Positions 9,216 to 19,482 are shown, counted from the stretch's first letter. The stretch: 64,000 bases of DNA from an uncultured Candidatus Peregrinibacteria bacterium (GCA_937863435.1 CALMES010000136.1:15238-79237); one strand, 5' to 3'. Numbers and translations: made by a program. Notes: generated from the sequence alone by a model not told the origin.

Positions 9216-9257
9216 ATGTTTACGCCGGAGAAAAAATACAACCAAAAATCAACAACC

Positions 9258-10661
9258 TTATCTGCCTCCCACCACTCTCACGGTGCTGTAGGCCAGCTGA
9301 ATATCTTTCTCTTTACCGAATTTCTTCAGAATATCTTTACTCACTTTTGTCGCTACATCTCTGCGGAAACCAATCGGTACGTTAAAGCGCAGCGTGAAGG
9401 TAACGCCCGAACTGGCGATATCGGTATACACAATCCCATCCGACGGTTCTACCGGAATATAATACAAGTACGTCCGCTTGCTTTGCTGCTTGCGCGCGGC
9501 AGCCGTAAATTCCTTGGTTTCTTTGAGAAGAATTTCATGAATGATTTTTTCGGCTTTCTGCCAGTTACTCTCGTAGGTGATGGTGATCTGCATTTCGGAT
9601 TTCGTATAATCCGACGTGGTGTTGTAGTTGAGAACGTGCTGCGTCAGAACTTGCGAATTCGGCACAAACAGCGTCTTGCCAGAACGCTCGAGAACATCGG
9701 CGTGAACGGTGGTGCCTACTTCCAGCAGTGCGGTGCGCAGAATGCCGATATCTATCACATCACCGGTGTACGTGCCGATGCTGATGCGATCACCCACAGT
9801 AAAGTGCCGTTTCTGCACGATCATCATCCAGCCGACGACGTCTTTCACCACGTCTTGCAACGCGACAGCCAAACCGGCACCGATGATCGCGAGAGACGAC
9901 AGGATCGACGGATGTTCCACCAGAATTTTATTGAGTACCAGAAGCGATGTGCCACCGTAAATAACGCCGGTAATAATCTTCTTGAAAAAATAGCGGCGCT
10001 CGCGTTTTTCAATTCTGGCTACAAACACCCGTTGAATAAAGCGCTCGATCAGAATAATGATCAAGAGCATGCTCATATAGATACTTACGCTGATCAGAAA
10101 GCTGAATTGCTCCAGGCGCTGTTCGTTCTGCAGCTTAAGGAGCTTGTCTTTCTGCGCCGGTAAAATGGCATTCAAAACGGAAATGCGTTCTTCGAGCACC
10201 GCTTTCTTGGCGAGCAGTTCGGCGTACGAATGTGTCGTACGTATGTCGTCGACTGTGGCTTCTATCTGCGGCGAAACGTAGTACTTGTCCTCTTCTTCCA
10301 AGAGCAGATCGCGGTCGACACTTCGACCGCGCAGCGAGGATTCCAGCGCGCTTACCACACTCCGTTGCTTGCTCGCGGATTGCGCGATGGGTGTTCCGGC
10401 AAGCAGTTGATCTTCGTTACTATTAAGGAAGGCCTGTATTTCGTCGTCGATGAGACCGTTGATACGATGACGTTCGTCGATGATGCGATTCTCGGTGTAG
10501 GTATCATTTTTGTTTTTGGCCAGATACGCCTCGTAGAGCTTGGTGAGCCGCGTGTCATCGATAGTCGAGGCAGTCGGCAATGTCGTTTGAGCAGAAACCA
10601 TCGGCACGCAGCTGAGTGCCAAAGCAATCGAAAACACGGCGATGCGACCATTTCTCCACAT
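9258..10661 (-). CDS. mechanosensitive ion channel (MscS family) with a long periplasmic coiled-coil N-terminus
   Basis: Signal peptide, TM helices, and an MscS beta-domain (FTVGDRISIGTYTGDVIDIGILRTALLEV...TLFVPNSQV). Confidence 0.85.
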   Translation of the reverse strand: MWRNGRIAVFSIALALSCVPMVSAQTTLPTASTIDDTRLTKLYEAYLAKNKNDTYTENRIIDERHRINGLIDDEIQAFLNSNEDQLLAGTPIAQSASKQRSVVSALESSLRGRSVDRDLLLEEEDKYYVSPQIEATVDDIRTTHSYAELLAKKAVLEERISVLNAILPAQKDKLLKLQNEQRLEQFSFLISVSIYMSMLLIIILIERFIQRVFVARIEKRERRYFFKKIITGVIYGGTSLLVLNKILVEHPSILSSLAIIGAGLAVALQDVVKDVVGWMMIVQKRHFTVGDRISIGTYTGDVIDIGILRTALLEVGTTVHADVLERSGKTLFVPNSQVLTQHVLNYNTTSDYTKSEMQITITYESNWQKAEKIIHEILLKETKEFTAAARKQQSKRTYLYYIPVEPSDGIVYTDIASSGVTFTLRFNVPIGFRRDVATKVSKDILKKFGKEKDIQLAYSTVRVVGGR

Positions 10662-10760
10662 GGAGCCGAGTATAGGCTTTCTGCAGAGACAGGCGAGTAT
10701 TTATCCTTGTCGCAGACCCACTGTTTGCTGTATACATGCATCAACTTTTCTCACTCTTCC

Positions 10761-11273
10761 ATGCACAATCTCCCAATCGGTTCCAAGTTTCCAGAGATCT
10801 TCAACTGCTTTGTCGAAATCCCGCGCGGCACGCACAACAAGTACGAATTCGATCACGAATTAGGTGTGATGAAGCTTGACCGCGTTCTGCATTCGTCCAT
10901 GTTCTATCCGGTCGATTACGGCTACATTCCCGAAACTCTGGCCGATGACGGCGACCCGCTCGATGTGCTTATTGTAACCGACAGTCCGGTTATTCCAGGC
11001 TGCTTGGTGGAAGTGCGCGCACTCGGCGTGCTCAAAATGTCCGACGACAAAGGGTTGGATGACAAAATTCTGGCGGTTGCAACGGGCAATCCGCATACGA
11101 AGCATATCAAGACCATGAAGGACGTGGGCCAGCACACGCTGGACGAAATCGCCAACTTCTTCGAAACCTACAAAATTCTGGAAAAAAAGGAAACCAAATT
11201 GGAAGGCTGGTTCGACCTGGAAGAAGCACACCGTCTCATCAAAGAGGCGCATGCCAATGTAAAGAAGAAGTAG
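10761..11273 (+). CDS. ppa: inorganic pyrophosphatase (family I)
   Basis: EIPRGTHNKYEFD, YPVDYGYIP, DGDPLDVL and DDKILAV are canonical PPase motifs. Confidence 0.95.
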   Translation: MHNLPIGSKFPEIFNCFVEIPRGTHNKYEFDHELGVMKLDRVLHSSMFYPVDYGYIPETLADDGDPLDVLIVTDSPVIPGCLVEVRALGVLKMSDDKGLDDKILAVATGNPHTKHIKTMKDVGQHTLDEIANFFETYKILEKKETKLEGWFDLEEAHRLIKEAHANVKKK

Positions 11274-11281
11274 CAGTTTTT

Positions 11282-12682
11282 TTACAGTTTCAGTGCCGCA
11301 ATCCGCTCGCGCAAGGATTCCATGCGCGGGTGGTTCAGGTATCCGTACGCCGCAGTCCTCTTTTCCAGTTCGTACCACAGGTTTTTGACGAGAGTGTTGT
11401 ACTTGATCGACATCAGCCTCCAGACAGGGGAGAGCCTTGCTTCCCACTGCACCTCCTCGGATAATCCGCCTGCCGATGTCACGACATGCGTCCCTCTGCG
11501 CGTGGACCGGGTATCCGGTTTCTGTATATTTTTTGCAGTTCTGTGGTCAATCATGGAAGTGGAGAGGCCGAAATCTATCGCGCCCAATCCCAGAAAGAAT
11601 CTGAGGCTTCGGCTGTTTTCGAGACCTCGTACCGGATATTCCGTCACTTTGTCCGGTTTGCGCACATCAGGACAGAAATCGATGTGCAGAAGATTCATGA
11701 CATACAGAATCATTTCTGTGCGGTTGGGATCTTCTTTCAGGCGCATGACCGCAAACTCAAGCATTGTCAGCACAGCGAGTATCGGATTTTCTCCGGTGCC
11801 CTCTTTGTTGAGCCTTACCGCGATGGTGTCAAACATATCAACAGAGGCCGGAGTACGGGTTATCTTCTCAGTCAACCTGGTTCGTTCGGCGGTGGCACTC
11901 GGGCTGTATTCCATATGAGTGCCTGGCCCGTACATCATAAATTCTGACTTTCCACGGGGACTTTCCTCATAAACGGATGCGATGCACAGCCCTCTCTTGT
12001 CTTGCGTTTTAAGGCCAAAAAAGCGAAGTCGACCCTCTGTTTTTTGTGTGTCATCTTCCCATTCTTCATGCATCTCATCAGCTGTTCGAATGAACAGTCC
12101 TCCCTTAATATACTGTTGCATTGCCGTTTCGTCTCCTTGGACCGCGGCCACAATCGCTTCGGGCGGAAGTTGTGCCGTGCCATACACGTCATGTATCTGC
12201 TCGCGGTGTTCTTTATAGTTCCATTCGGTAAACGGGGTGTCCAGTGCCAGTCGTACCTGCTCCATCTTCGGAAGATTGAGTACACGCCGGACAGCTTCGT
12301 GACTGCATTGTTGAATCTCTGCTGCTGAAAGGTCTCCATGAATGGCGGATACATCCGGCGTCAATAAAGATTCAGGAATGCCCAGCGCCCTATACACGTC
12401 TGTCTTGCTGCTGTGGGTGATGCTTCTTGTTACTTCCTTCACTTTTGCGTTCAGCAGGAGCAGCTGCATTTTTTCCCGCAGCAAAGGAACAAATTCATCC
12501 AGTCCCGACAGCTTCCTCACCCCTTCGATAATATAATTGTGCTGGCGATTTGGATTGCCGGGAAATAAGTCTGCCGCTGCCGTTTCCAGCTTGGCTTTCA
12601 CTTCGGCCACTTCCCCAATGGCTACGCTAAGAACGGATTGATTGAAATCGCCGCCACACACCTTCCTGGAAGAATCTAGCAT
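11282..12682 (-). CDS. hypothetical protein (466 aa), orphan
   Basis: A long uninterrupted ORF with an ATG start, no motif I recognise, and no predicted TM or signal sequence. Confidence 0.55.
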   Translation of the reverse strand: MLDSSRKVCGGDFNQSVLSVAIGEVAEVKAKLETAAADLFPGNPNRQHNYIIEGVRKLSGLDEFVPLLREKMQLLLLNAKVKEVTRSITHSSKTDVYRALGIPESLLTPDVSAIHGDLSAAEIQQCSHEAVRRVLNLPKMEQVRLALDTPFTEWNYKEHREQIHDVYGTAQLPPEAIVAAVQGDETAMQQYIKGGLFIRTADEMHEEWEDDTQKTEGRLRFFGLKTQDKRGLCIASVYEESPRGKSEFMMYGPGTHMEYSPSATAERTRLTEKITRTPASVDMFDTIAVRLNKEGTGENPILAVLTMLEFAVMRLKEDPNRTEMILYVMNLLHIDFCPDVRKPDKVTEYPVRGLENSRSLRFFLGLGAIDFGLSTSMIDHRTAKNIQKPDTRSTRRGTHVVTSAGGLSEEVQWEARLSPVWRLMSIKYNTLVKNLWYELEKRTAAYGYLNHPRMESLRERIAALKL

Positions 12683-12715
12683 TATTTGTATTAATAATTT
12701 ATTTTATAACAATTG

Positions 12716-15091
12716 TCAATTTTTTTGACAGTCAAACGTCAGCGTGAATGTGGTGCCGGCGTTTTCCTGCGAGAAGAAGGCAATAGTTCCTCCGAGCATC
12801 TTTGTAAGAAGCTGCACCAAGTATAATCCCAAGCCCGTTCCGTTGGTTTCGTGGGACACGATATTGGTCGCCCGGAAGAATTTGGTGAAAATCTTTTCCT
12901 GTTCGTGAGTCGGAATGCCAAAGCCGCTGTCTGCCACTTCTATCACAGTCTTTGCGTTTCTCGTGTAGGCGCTCAGGGAGACCGATTTGTTTTCCGGCGT
13001 GTACTTGATGGCGTTGCTCACCAGATTCTGGATAATTTCCCGCAAAAAACCTTCGTCCGTGGAAAGGGTGAGTCCTGGCATACAGTCGAGCGTGAAGGTC
13101 TGATGCCGCTCCGAGTATTCTTTTCTGTACTCTTCCTGAATGCTCTGTAAAAATACCCGCAGATCAATGGCCACCGGCTTGATGGTCACTTTGCCGCTTT
13201 CAATGCGAGAAATCATGAGCATGGTATTGATGGTATCCGCCATGCGGCCAATCGCTCCTTTTCCTTCGTTGAGCAAGCGTTTTTCATAGTCATTGGCTTT
13301 CTTGTCGAGGCTTCGCTCGAGCCGGCCCAGCATCCATCGGATCGCCGTGAGCGGGGTGCGTAGCTGATGACTGGCGAGTGACATGAATTCGGACTTGGTG
13401 ACATCGATACGCTTCTCGTTGGTGATGTCGCGGTACAGCAACAGGTGTCCGCGATGCTGGCCGCCTTCGGAAATCGGAATGTAGTCGCTGGAAAGAATGC
13501 GACCGTCCTTGAGAGGGATTTCACGGTTCAAGGACTTTTCATGGCGTTGCATGATATTCGTGAGTGCTTGTGCGAAGAATGCACCGTTCTCAATGTTGGC
13601 CGCTGCTTTTTTGATCACCTCTATCCCGTTACTGCCAATAATATCGCTCACTTTTCCCAGACCAAAGAGATCGCAGAATTGCTGATTGGCATGCAAAATC
13701 GTCAGGTTTTCATCGGCGGCTACAGCTGCCAATTCCATGTTGCTGATCATATTACGCAGACGTTCGGCGTGGGCGCGCTCCTGCTGTTCGAGTGCTTTGC
13801 GTTCGGTAACTTCGTTTTCCAGCTGTACCGTGCGCTCTTTCACTTTCTGCTCCAGATCCTGATTCAGCGTGCGGATTTTTTCCTCCGCCCTTTTCTGGTC
13901 ATGAATATCGGTACAGGTGCCAAACCATTTCACAATCGCGCCTTTGGAATCATGTACAGGAATGGCGCGGCCGAGGTGCCAGCGATACATCCCGTCCGCC
14001 GCACGGCGAAAGCGGTACTCCGCTTCATATTCTTTGCCAGTTTCAATAGCCTGTTGCCAGCGTATTTTATAATCTTGCTGATCGTCTGGATGAACAACAC
14101 TTTTGGATCCGGAGTATGTTTCTTCGGCGGTGAGGCCGGTATACTCAAACCAGCGTTTGTTGAAGTAGTCGTTGTAACCGTCCGCCTGGGCGGTCCAGAC
14201 AATCTGCGGAATGGCTTCGGCCATCAGGCGATACTGCGTTTCGCGCTGCTGCAGTGTCGCCTCCGCCTCTTTTTGCACGGTGATGTCCATACCCGTGCCG
14301 ATGTAGCCGACAAACACGCCGTCATCCTGAAAACGCGGTTTGCCGATGTCCAGCAGCCAGCGGTAGTTGCCAGCTGCATCACGCAGACGGTATTCCATGC
14401 GCAAAGGCATGCGTGCGTCGAACGCTGAGGCATACTCGGCCTGACAGCGCGCGACATCTTCCGGGTGAACGCTTGCTTTCCAGTGAGCGCTGGCATTGCC
14501 GTCGTGCGGCCAGCCCGTGAGTTCGTACCATTGCTGGCTGAACCATTCTGCATTTTTGTGTGCGTCGGAAATCCACATGAGAACCGGTGCCGTGTTTGCC
14601 ATCGAGCGAAACCGCTCCTCACTTTCGCGTAACGCCTGCTCGGCTTTTTTTTGCTTCGTGACATCACGTGAGATGGAGGAAATACCCACGATCCGTCCTT
14701 CGAGATCCTTGATGGGGGAGACGCTCAGCGAGACATAAATGTGGTGTCCGTCGCGGTGAATGCGCAGGGATTCAAAATGAGACACTCCGGTGTTCTGTTG
14801 CATGGCGTCGGCGATGCGCTGCGTCTCGTTGCTGAAATCCGGGTGAATGATGCGTTCGATGGAATGGCCGATCATCTCCTCGGCACTGTAGCCGAACATG
14901 CGTTCTGCCCCGCTGTTCCAGCTGGTCACAAGGCCGTCGAGCGTTTTGCCGATAATGGCATCTTCGGATGAGCTGACAATGGCCGCAAGCTGGAGCAAAT
15001 GCCGCTTTTCCAGAGGCGGTTGCCGCATGCGCGTGTGCTTGCGGTACTCTGTTAGTCTGGATTGCTGCCGGCGGCGCGGAGAGGAGGGCAT
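12716..15091 (-). CDS. multi-PAS sensor histidine kinase
   Basis: Several PAS S-boxes (e.g. DAIIGKTLDGLVTSWNSGAERMFGY), a HisKA H-box (EFMSLASHQLRTPLT) and HATPase N/G boxes (NLVSNAIKYT, DSGFGIP, GTGLGL). No adjacent response regulator. Confidence 0.9.
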   Translation of the reverse strand: MPSSPRRRQQSRLTEYRKHTRMRQPPLEKRHLLQLAAIVSSSEDAIIGKTLDGLVTSWNSGAERMFGYSAEEMIGHSIERIIHPDFSNETQRIADAMQQNTGVSHFESLRIHRDGHHIYVSLSVSPIKDLEGRIVGISSISRDVTKQKKAEQALRESEERFRSMANTAPVLMWISDAHKNAEWFSQQWYELTGWPHDGNASAHWKASVHPEDVARCQAEYASAFDARMPLRMEYRLRDAAGNYRWLLDIGKPRFQDDGVFVGYIGTGMDITVQKEAEATLQQRETQYRLMAEAIPQIVWTAQADGYNDYFNKRWFEYTGLTAEETYSGSKSVVHPDDQQDYKIRWQQAIETGKEYEAEYRFRRAADGMYRWHLGRAIPVHDSKGAIVKWFGTCTDIHDQKRAEEKIRTLNQDLEQKVKERTVQLENEVTERKALEQQERAHAERLRNMISNMELAAVAADENLTILHANQQFCDLFGLGKVSDIIGSNGIEVIKKAAANIENGAFFAQALTNIMQRHEKSLNREIPLKDGRILSSDYIPISEGGQHRGHLLLYRDITNEKRIDVTKSEFMSLASHQLRTPLTAIRWMLGRLERSLDKKANDYEKRLLNEGKGAIGRMADTINTMLMISRIESGKVTIKPVAIDLRVFLQSIQEEYRKEYSERHQTFTLDCMPGLTLSTDEGFLREIIQNLVSNAIKYTPENKSVSLSAYTRNAKTVIEVADSGFGIPTHEQEKIFTKFFRATNIVSHETNGTGLGLYLVQLLTKMLGGTIAFFSQENAGTTFTLTFDCQKN

Positions 15092-15222
15092 GGTGAAAGG
15101 GTGCGCACAGTATATCGATCAGGCATTGATCAGCAACGTCTGTCATCTGCAGAAAGCGGTCACAAATCCGCTGACAGCCGGCACAGACGTATCAGAAAGA
15201 AGACGGATCAGCTCCTCTTTTC

Positions 15223-15927
15223 TTACAAAGGCGCCTGCCCGAGGACAGATCGCCTGCGGACCATGCGTATGACTGCCGGCCGCTGCAGTTCCCGCAATGC
15301 GTCACTTGCGATCCATCGGGCGGATGCAGCGTCCTGTCTGTGTATTCTTCGGGCGCATGCAACGGCTTTTGTGCGCAGAGATGCATTGCGCTTGCCGATC
15401 TGCCGCAGCGCCCAGTTAACCGCTTTTTTCACAAAATTCCGCTCGTCACAGGCGTAATATTCTATGGCCGGCAGAAACGCCGCGAACATGGCGTCATCTG
15501 TTGTTTTGTCATGCACTGCCAGTGCAGCCATCATGACAAACCCGGCTCGTCGAACGTATTCCTGCCTGTATTTGATCCATTCTTTGGCTTTCGTAAAACC
15601 GTACGGCGTGCGGTCGAACAGATTGCCGCATACCTGATCACACACGTCCCACGAATCAAAATCACGCACCCAGCTGTCCATCTGTTTTTTTGTCACGCGC
15701 CTGGGATCATCAATATATGCCGCGAGAATGCGCGCCTCGTGCAGGCCCGATTTCCACAGGGCGGCTGCGAGCTCATGATTCCTGCCGGTTTGCTTGGCGA
15801 TAGCGCGAAGGACGGGAATCGGAATGCCCAGCATCTTGTCGCCCTGTATGCCAAAACGCCGCATTCCTTGCACGTTTGCAGTATTTGAAAGCGACCTGAG
15901 ATGCCTGAGCAGGGTGCGGGCGGACAT
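15223..15927 (-). CDS. DNA alkylation repair protein (AlkD/AlkC-like HEAT repeat family)
   Basis: RRFGIQGDKMLGIPIPVLR, LWKSGLHEARILA, DSWDVCD and VRRAGFVMMAALAVHD fit the PF08713-type pattern. The start is taken at the internal ATG to avoid overlap with tspO. Confidence 0.75.
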   Translation of the reverse strand: MSARTLLRHLRSLSNTANVQGMRRFGIQGDKMLGIPIPVLRAIAKQTGRNHELAAALWKSGLHEARILAAYIDDPRRVTKKQMDSWVRDFDSWDVCDQVCGNLFDRTPYGFTKAKEWIKYRQEYVRRAGFVMMAALAVHDKTTDDAMFAAFLPAIEYYACDERNFVKKAVNWALRQIGKRNASLRTKAVACARRIHRQDAASARWIASDALRELQRPAVIRMVRRRSVLGQAPL

Positions 15928-16003
15928 ACATGCGAGTATACAGCAACATATCCGGCGTATGGAAAGCCTCCTCATGTGGTACAGTCGAAGAATGGCGCCG
16001 GAC

Positions 16004-16510
16004 ATGCGTCATCATGACTGCAATGCGCCACTCCTTCACTCCACTTTTATGCTTTTCGGTTCCGTTCTCATTATTCTCGTCACCGTTCTGACAGCTGTAC
16101 TTGGCGGCATGGTCACGCAAAAAGGATTGCCATGGTACCGGCATATCAAAAAGCCGAGCTGGACACCGCCAGGATCGACTATCGGTATCGTGTGGTCGGT
16201 CATTTATACGCTTTCGGCATTCTCGGCAATTATCGCGTACAACACGATTGCCGGCGATGTTCTCGCTTGGGTTCTGATTGTCTTTCTGATCAATGCAATG
16301 CTGAATGCCGGCTGGAGTGCGCTGTTCTTCGGGTTCCGTTTGAAGGGCGCGGCACTGATCGGCGCCGTTCTGCTCGAGATATCCGTTCTGGTTTTGATAT
16401 GGCTTCTGTGGCCGGTTGCACCACTGGCTGCGGTACTTCTTGTTCCGTATGCGCTGTGGGTCTGCTTTGCGACGTATCTGACGTACAAAGTGTGGTATAT
16501 GAACAGATGA
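16004..16510 (+). CDS. tspO: TspO/MBR tryptophan-rich sensory protein
   Basis: WYRHIKKPSWTPPG, VWSVIYTL, NAGWSALFFG and VPYALWVCFATYL. An alternative start is at 16049. Confidence 0.85.
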   Translation: MRHHDCNAPLLHSTFMLFGSVLIILVTVLTAVLGGMVTQKGLPWYRHIKKPSWTPPGSTIGIVWSVIYTLSAFSAIIAYNTIAGDVLAWVLIVFLINAMLNAGWSALFFGFRLKGAALIGAVLLEISVLVLIWLLWPVAPLAAVLLVPYALWVCFATYLTYKVWYMNR

Positions 16511-16614
16511 GGGAAAATTGTTGCGCTGTATAATGAAAAATATAAAGTGCAACTATATTCCCTGCTATTTTGTATTGAGATGATGATGTCGTCAGAAACA
16601 TCGGGTGTGTCAGC

Positions 16615-17481
16615 TTGGATTCGCAAAATGCGTTGCCGTTTAAGATTGAGAAGGAGACGTTGGCGGAAATTATCGATGAGGCACAAAATGAGCTGAAAAG
16701 AATGATTGCAGTCAAGTTTCCATCTTATTGTGATTTAAACTTGAAGCGAAAGTATGATCATGCAGTAGAATTTTTGGCAACAGGGATTAAGGCGTCTTTA
16801 CCACAAACCGTGGCGACGCATGAGCAGTTGCATGCGGTGGCAAGAACCGTAGGGCGTCTGGTGAAAGAAGCGGGCAAGATTGAGAGGGATAGCAGGCATA
16901 TGCGCGAGGTGTTATCGCCAAGCATATATTTGCAGGTGAAAAAATTGAGGCAAGAAACGTTTAGAATTATATGGGAAGAAATTCACAATGCCCCGCCGGA
17001 AGAATTGCCTGCCGCTGCGGAAAAAAGAAATAATCCTCTGTACAAACCGAGTGTTTCGTACATACCAAGGCCAGTGTCATTTGCCGGAATGCCGTCTGGC
17101 ATTTCACCCACAAGCGGTGACGCACCGTTGCCCGGACATTCTGAGCGGGAAAGACCAATCGAAAGAGAAACATTGAGAAGAAATCCTCAGCAACCTCTTC
17201 TGCCTGATGCATATGACAGCGGTACAGGTTTTCCTGTGCTGCCATCTTTCTGGACAAAGCCGTTGCCGCATATGCTGGACGGCAAAAAATTCGAGCTGTA
17301 TGCGCATGGCGTGACTGAGTATCTCCGTCAGAAAATCCGCGCATGTAACGAAGGCGCGGCGTATGAATCGGATTCCGTGATCAATGGATTGTATGAGAGT
17401 CTTGAGGGTTTGCTCCTGTCGCCCAACCCGGCACAGAAGGGGGAAAATACGCCCGATTCTCTGCAGTGCCGGATCTTTTGA
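16615..17481 (+). CDS. hypothetical protein (288 aa), orphan
   Basis: Called as an ORF only (TTG/ATG start uncertain), with no recognisable motif. Confidence 0.45.
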   Translation: MDSQNALPFKIEKETLAEIIDEAQNELKRMIAVKFPSYCDLNLKRKYDHAVEFLATGIKASLPQTVATHEQLHAVARTVGRLVKEAGKIERDSRHMREVLSPSIYLQVKKLRQETFRIIWEEIHNAPPEELPAAAEKRNNPLYKPSVSYIPRPVSFAGMPSGISPTSGDAPLPGHSERERPIERETLRRNPQQPLLPDAYDSGTGFPVLPSFWTKPLPHMLDGKKFELYAHGVTEYLRQKIRACNEGAAYESDSVINGLYESLEGLLLSPNPAQKGENTPDSLQCRIF

Positions 17482-18095
17482 GATTGCGGGCGCTTGCGCG
17501 GACAAAAATCTGCCAGGTTGTGGCTTGCATTGCAGAGCATCACAAGCTGTCGGATTCGATTTTGAATGATATGGAAAAGCATTTTGAGGAAATTTGCCAG
17601 GACGTGCGCACGCAAATTGAGGAGTGTGACAGCAGGGCCCTGAAAGCGGTTCCAGTCGAGCGAAACGGCGGCCGTCCACGGCGAAAGGAATCGGGCAGCG
17701 GGCTGAAAGCTGTGGCAGTAACCCTTGGAGTGAAGATGAAAAGTGGCATGCGGCAAAATCCTGAGTTTTTCGAAACGACGCTTATTCCATACATTTTGTC
17801 TGTTCTTAACCAGATGAAACCACCACCGCTGGGAAAATACAGAAAGAACAGGAAAATCGACCCGCCCGAAAAGAGACGGATTATCGCTGTTTGCGCCATT
17901 CTGGAAGCCCTCCACTTGAATTGCCCGCTAGAGGTGAGAAAAAAGTATCCGGCGACGAACATTTTGGATTTTCTGCAGAGTATGAAAGTGGGAAGACCAC
18001 AGGTTAATGACTGGGCAAAAAAAATGAATGTGAAGGAAGTGTTGGGAGGGGACATAGTGGAAAACAGCAATCTTCTCTCGTTTCCGGAAGAGTGA
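17466..18095 (+). CDS. hypothetical protein (209 aa), orphan
   Basis: Called as an ORF only. It overlaps the preceding ORF by 16 nt and runs directly into the DUF1559 remnant. Confidence 0.4.
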   Translation: MPDLLRLRALARTKICQVVACIAEHHKLSDSILNDMEKHFEEICQDVRTQIEECDSRALKAVPVERNGGRPRRKESGSGLKAVAVTLGVKMKSGMRQNPEFFETTLIPYILSVLNQMKPPPLGKYRKNRKIDPPEKRRIIAVCAILEALHLNCPLEVRKKYPATNILDFLQSMKVGRPQVNDWAKKMNVKEVLGGDIVENSNLLSFPEE

Positions 18096-18692
18096 ATTTG
18101 ATTCCCGTTTTTTATAGGCGCAGCCTGTCGCCGACGTATTCGGACTGCACGGTTTTCACAACAGTTTTCCCTGCTCTTCTGTGTCCCAGTGACAGCGGTG
18201 CATCACAGTGCGACAATCAGGCCAAAAGCACGGGCACAAACTATAAATCGCCGTTTGGAACGACGATCAACGATACGCATGCGGCTTTCTATTTTAACAG
18301 AAGGGTCATGCTTGCCTGCATTCCCGACGGCACCGGTTCCACGATTGCCTTTGCTGAAGTGCTGCGTGACGCCCGCCGCGGAAAATTGCCGCTGGAGAGG
18401 ATAACGGTGAACAGAGGTATCAACGATGCAGCCGCCGACACCCTGGTGGCGGCAAATGCCTCCGGGTACAGCAAATATAAAAGCATGCGGCGATACCGTG
18501 CATCACTGCAGGGAATTGCGGCTGCCAAGGGTGCATGGCAATGATACAAGCATAGCTGCCAGAAGCAGGCATCCGGGCGGAGTGAATGTCCTGTTTGTCG
18601 GCGGGAATGTCCGGTTCCTTGCGGATTCAATGTCCCTGAAAATTCTGCAGGCATTGGTCAGCCGGCATGACGGATCAGTTGCCCAATACTGA
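18092..18692 (+). pseudogene. DUF1559 gene remnant, N-terminally truncated and frameshifted
   Basis: Frame 1 carries ALLCPSD and IPDGTGSTIAFAEV. After a frame change near 18430-18540, the C-terminal HPGGVNVLFVGGNVRFLADS...DGSVAQY appears. The prepilin N-terminus is absent. Confidence 0.7.
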
Positions 18693-19208
18693 GTCACGTT
18701 TTTCTTTCGGCTGCCTGCGCTTTTTAGGCGAGAGAACCGCAGAAATGCTCTCGGCTGGAAGCGGTGTCTGGGAGAAGGGCTGCACGCTGTGGAGCATGCA
18801 ATTCTGCAGGAACATATCGATAAAAATAGGCTTTGCCCAATGGGTATTATCCGGTCGTACCGCACGAATGCGTTTGGCCATGCGCCAGGCGGTTGGATAC
18901 GTCACCTGCAGTTCGCGCTCCAGACTTTTTGCCGATACCCCTTCAGGCGTCTGGGCCATCAGAAACACTGCATAAAACCACTTGGCCAGTGGCACAGGCG
19001 AACCTTCGAAGATGGTATGTTTCATCGGATAAATATGCGAGCGTCAGCAGTTGCAGGTATAGCAAGGCTTGGTGGGATGCTTGTGATACGCATTCACCCG
19101 CCCGCATTCAGGACAGGTGACGTGGTTGAACTTGGAACGAAAAAGATAGTCTAAACATTCCTCGCTCAGCCGAAAGCGTCGGTGGAATTCCTGAATCGTC
19201 AGATACAT
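18675..19208 (-). pseudogene. IS1595-family transposase remnant (zinc ribbon + HTH only, in-frame TGA, no DDE domain)
   Basis: ATG at 19208, then VTCPECG...CYTCNC, then TGA (19044-19046), then in frame HTIFEGSPVPLAKWFYAVFLMAQTPEGVSAKSLERELQVTYPTAWRMAKRIR. The sequence degenerates where the catalytic domain should begin. Confidence 0.7.
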
Positions 19209-19482
19209 GTACCTTCATTTTCTCTGTTGTTTTACAAAGTGTCAAATAAGTATATAATTATCTTTTTCGTCATATATTTGCCATACGGAATGCCGGAGTC
19301 TATCTGTCTGAAACAGTGAATTGATGAGTAAAAGACGTTCAGCAATTTCTCCAAAATATACTATCTTTTTGTGGTGAGGAGAAATAGTGATTTCAATGCG
19401 AGTGAGAGCGGCAGATGGATGCGACTGACAAATTTCACCGGATATTTCTTCGGCTGCCGGTGTTCTCCGCTATGCTTGTCTC

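Noticed and set aside
19044-19046. The in-frame TGA in the IS1595-like transposase as evidence for a UGA-recoding genetic code (code 4 or 25).
   Set aside because: Many well-conserved genes in the window terminate at TGA exactly at their expected C-termini (the DUF1559 gene at 1909, rlmE at 4598, the methyltransferases and TerS). No other conserved gene needs TGA read-through. The transposase also lacks its catalytic domain, so a nonsense mutation in a pseudogene is the simpler reading.
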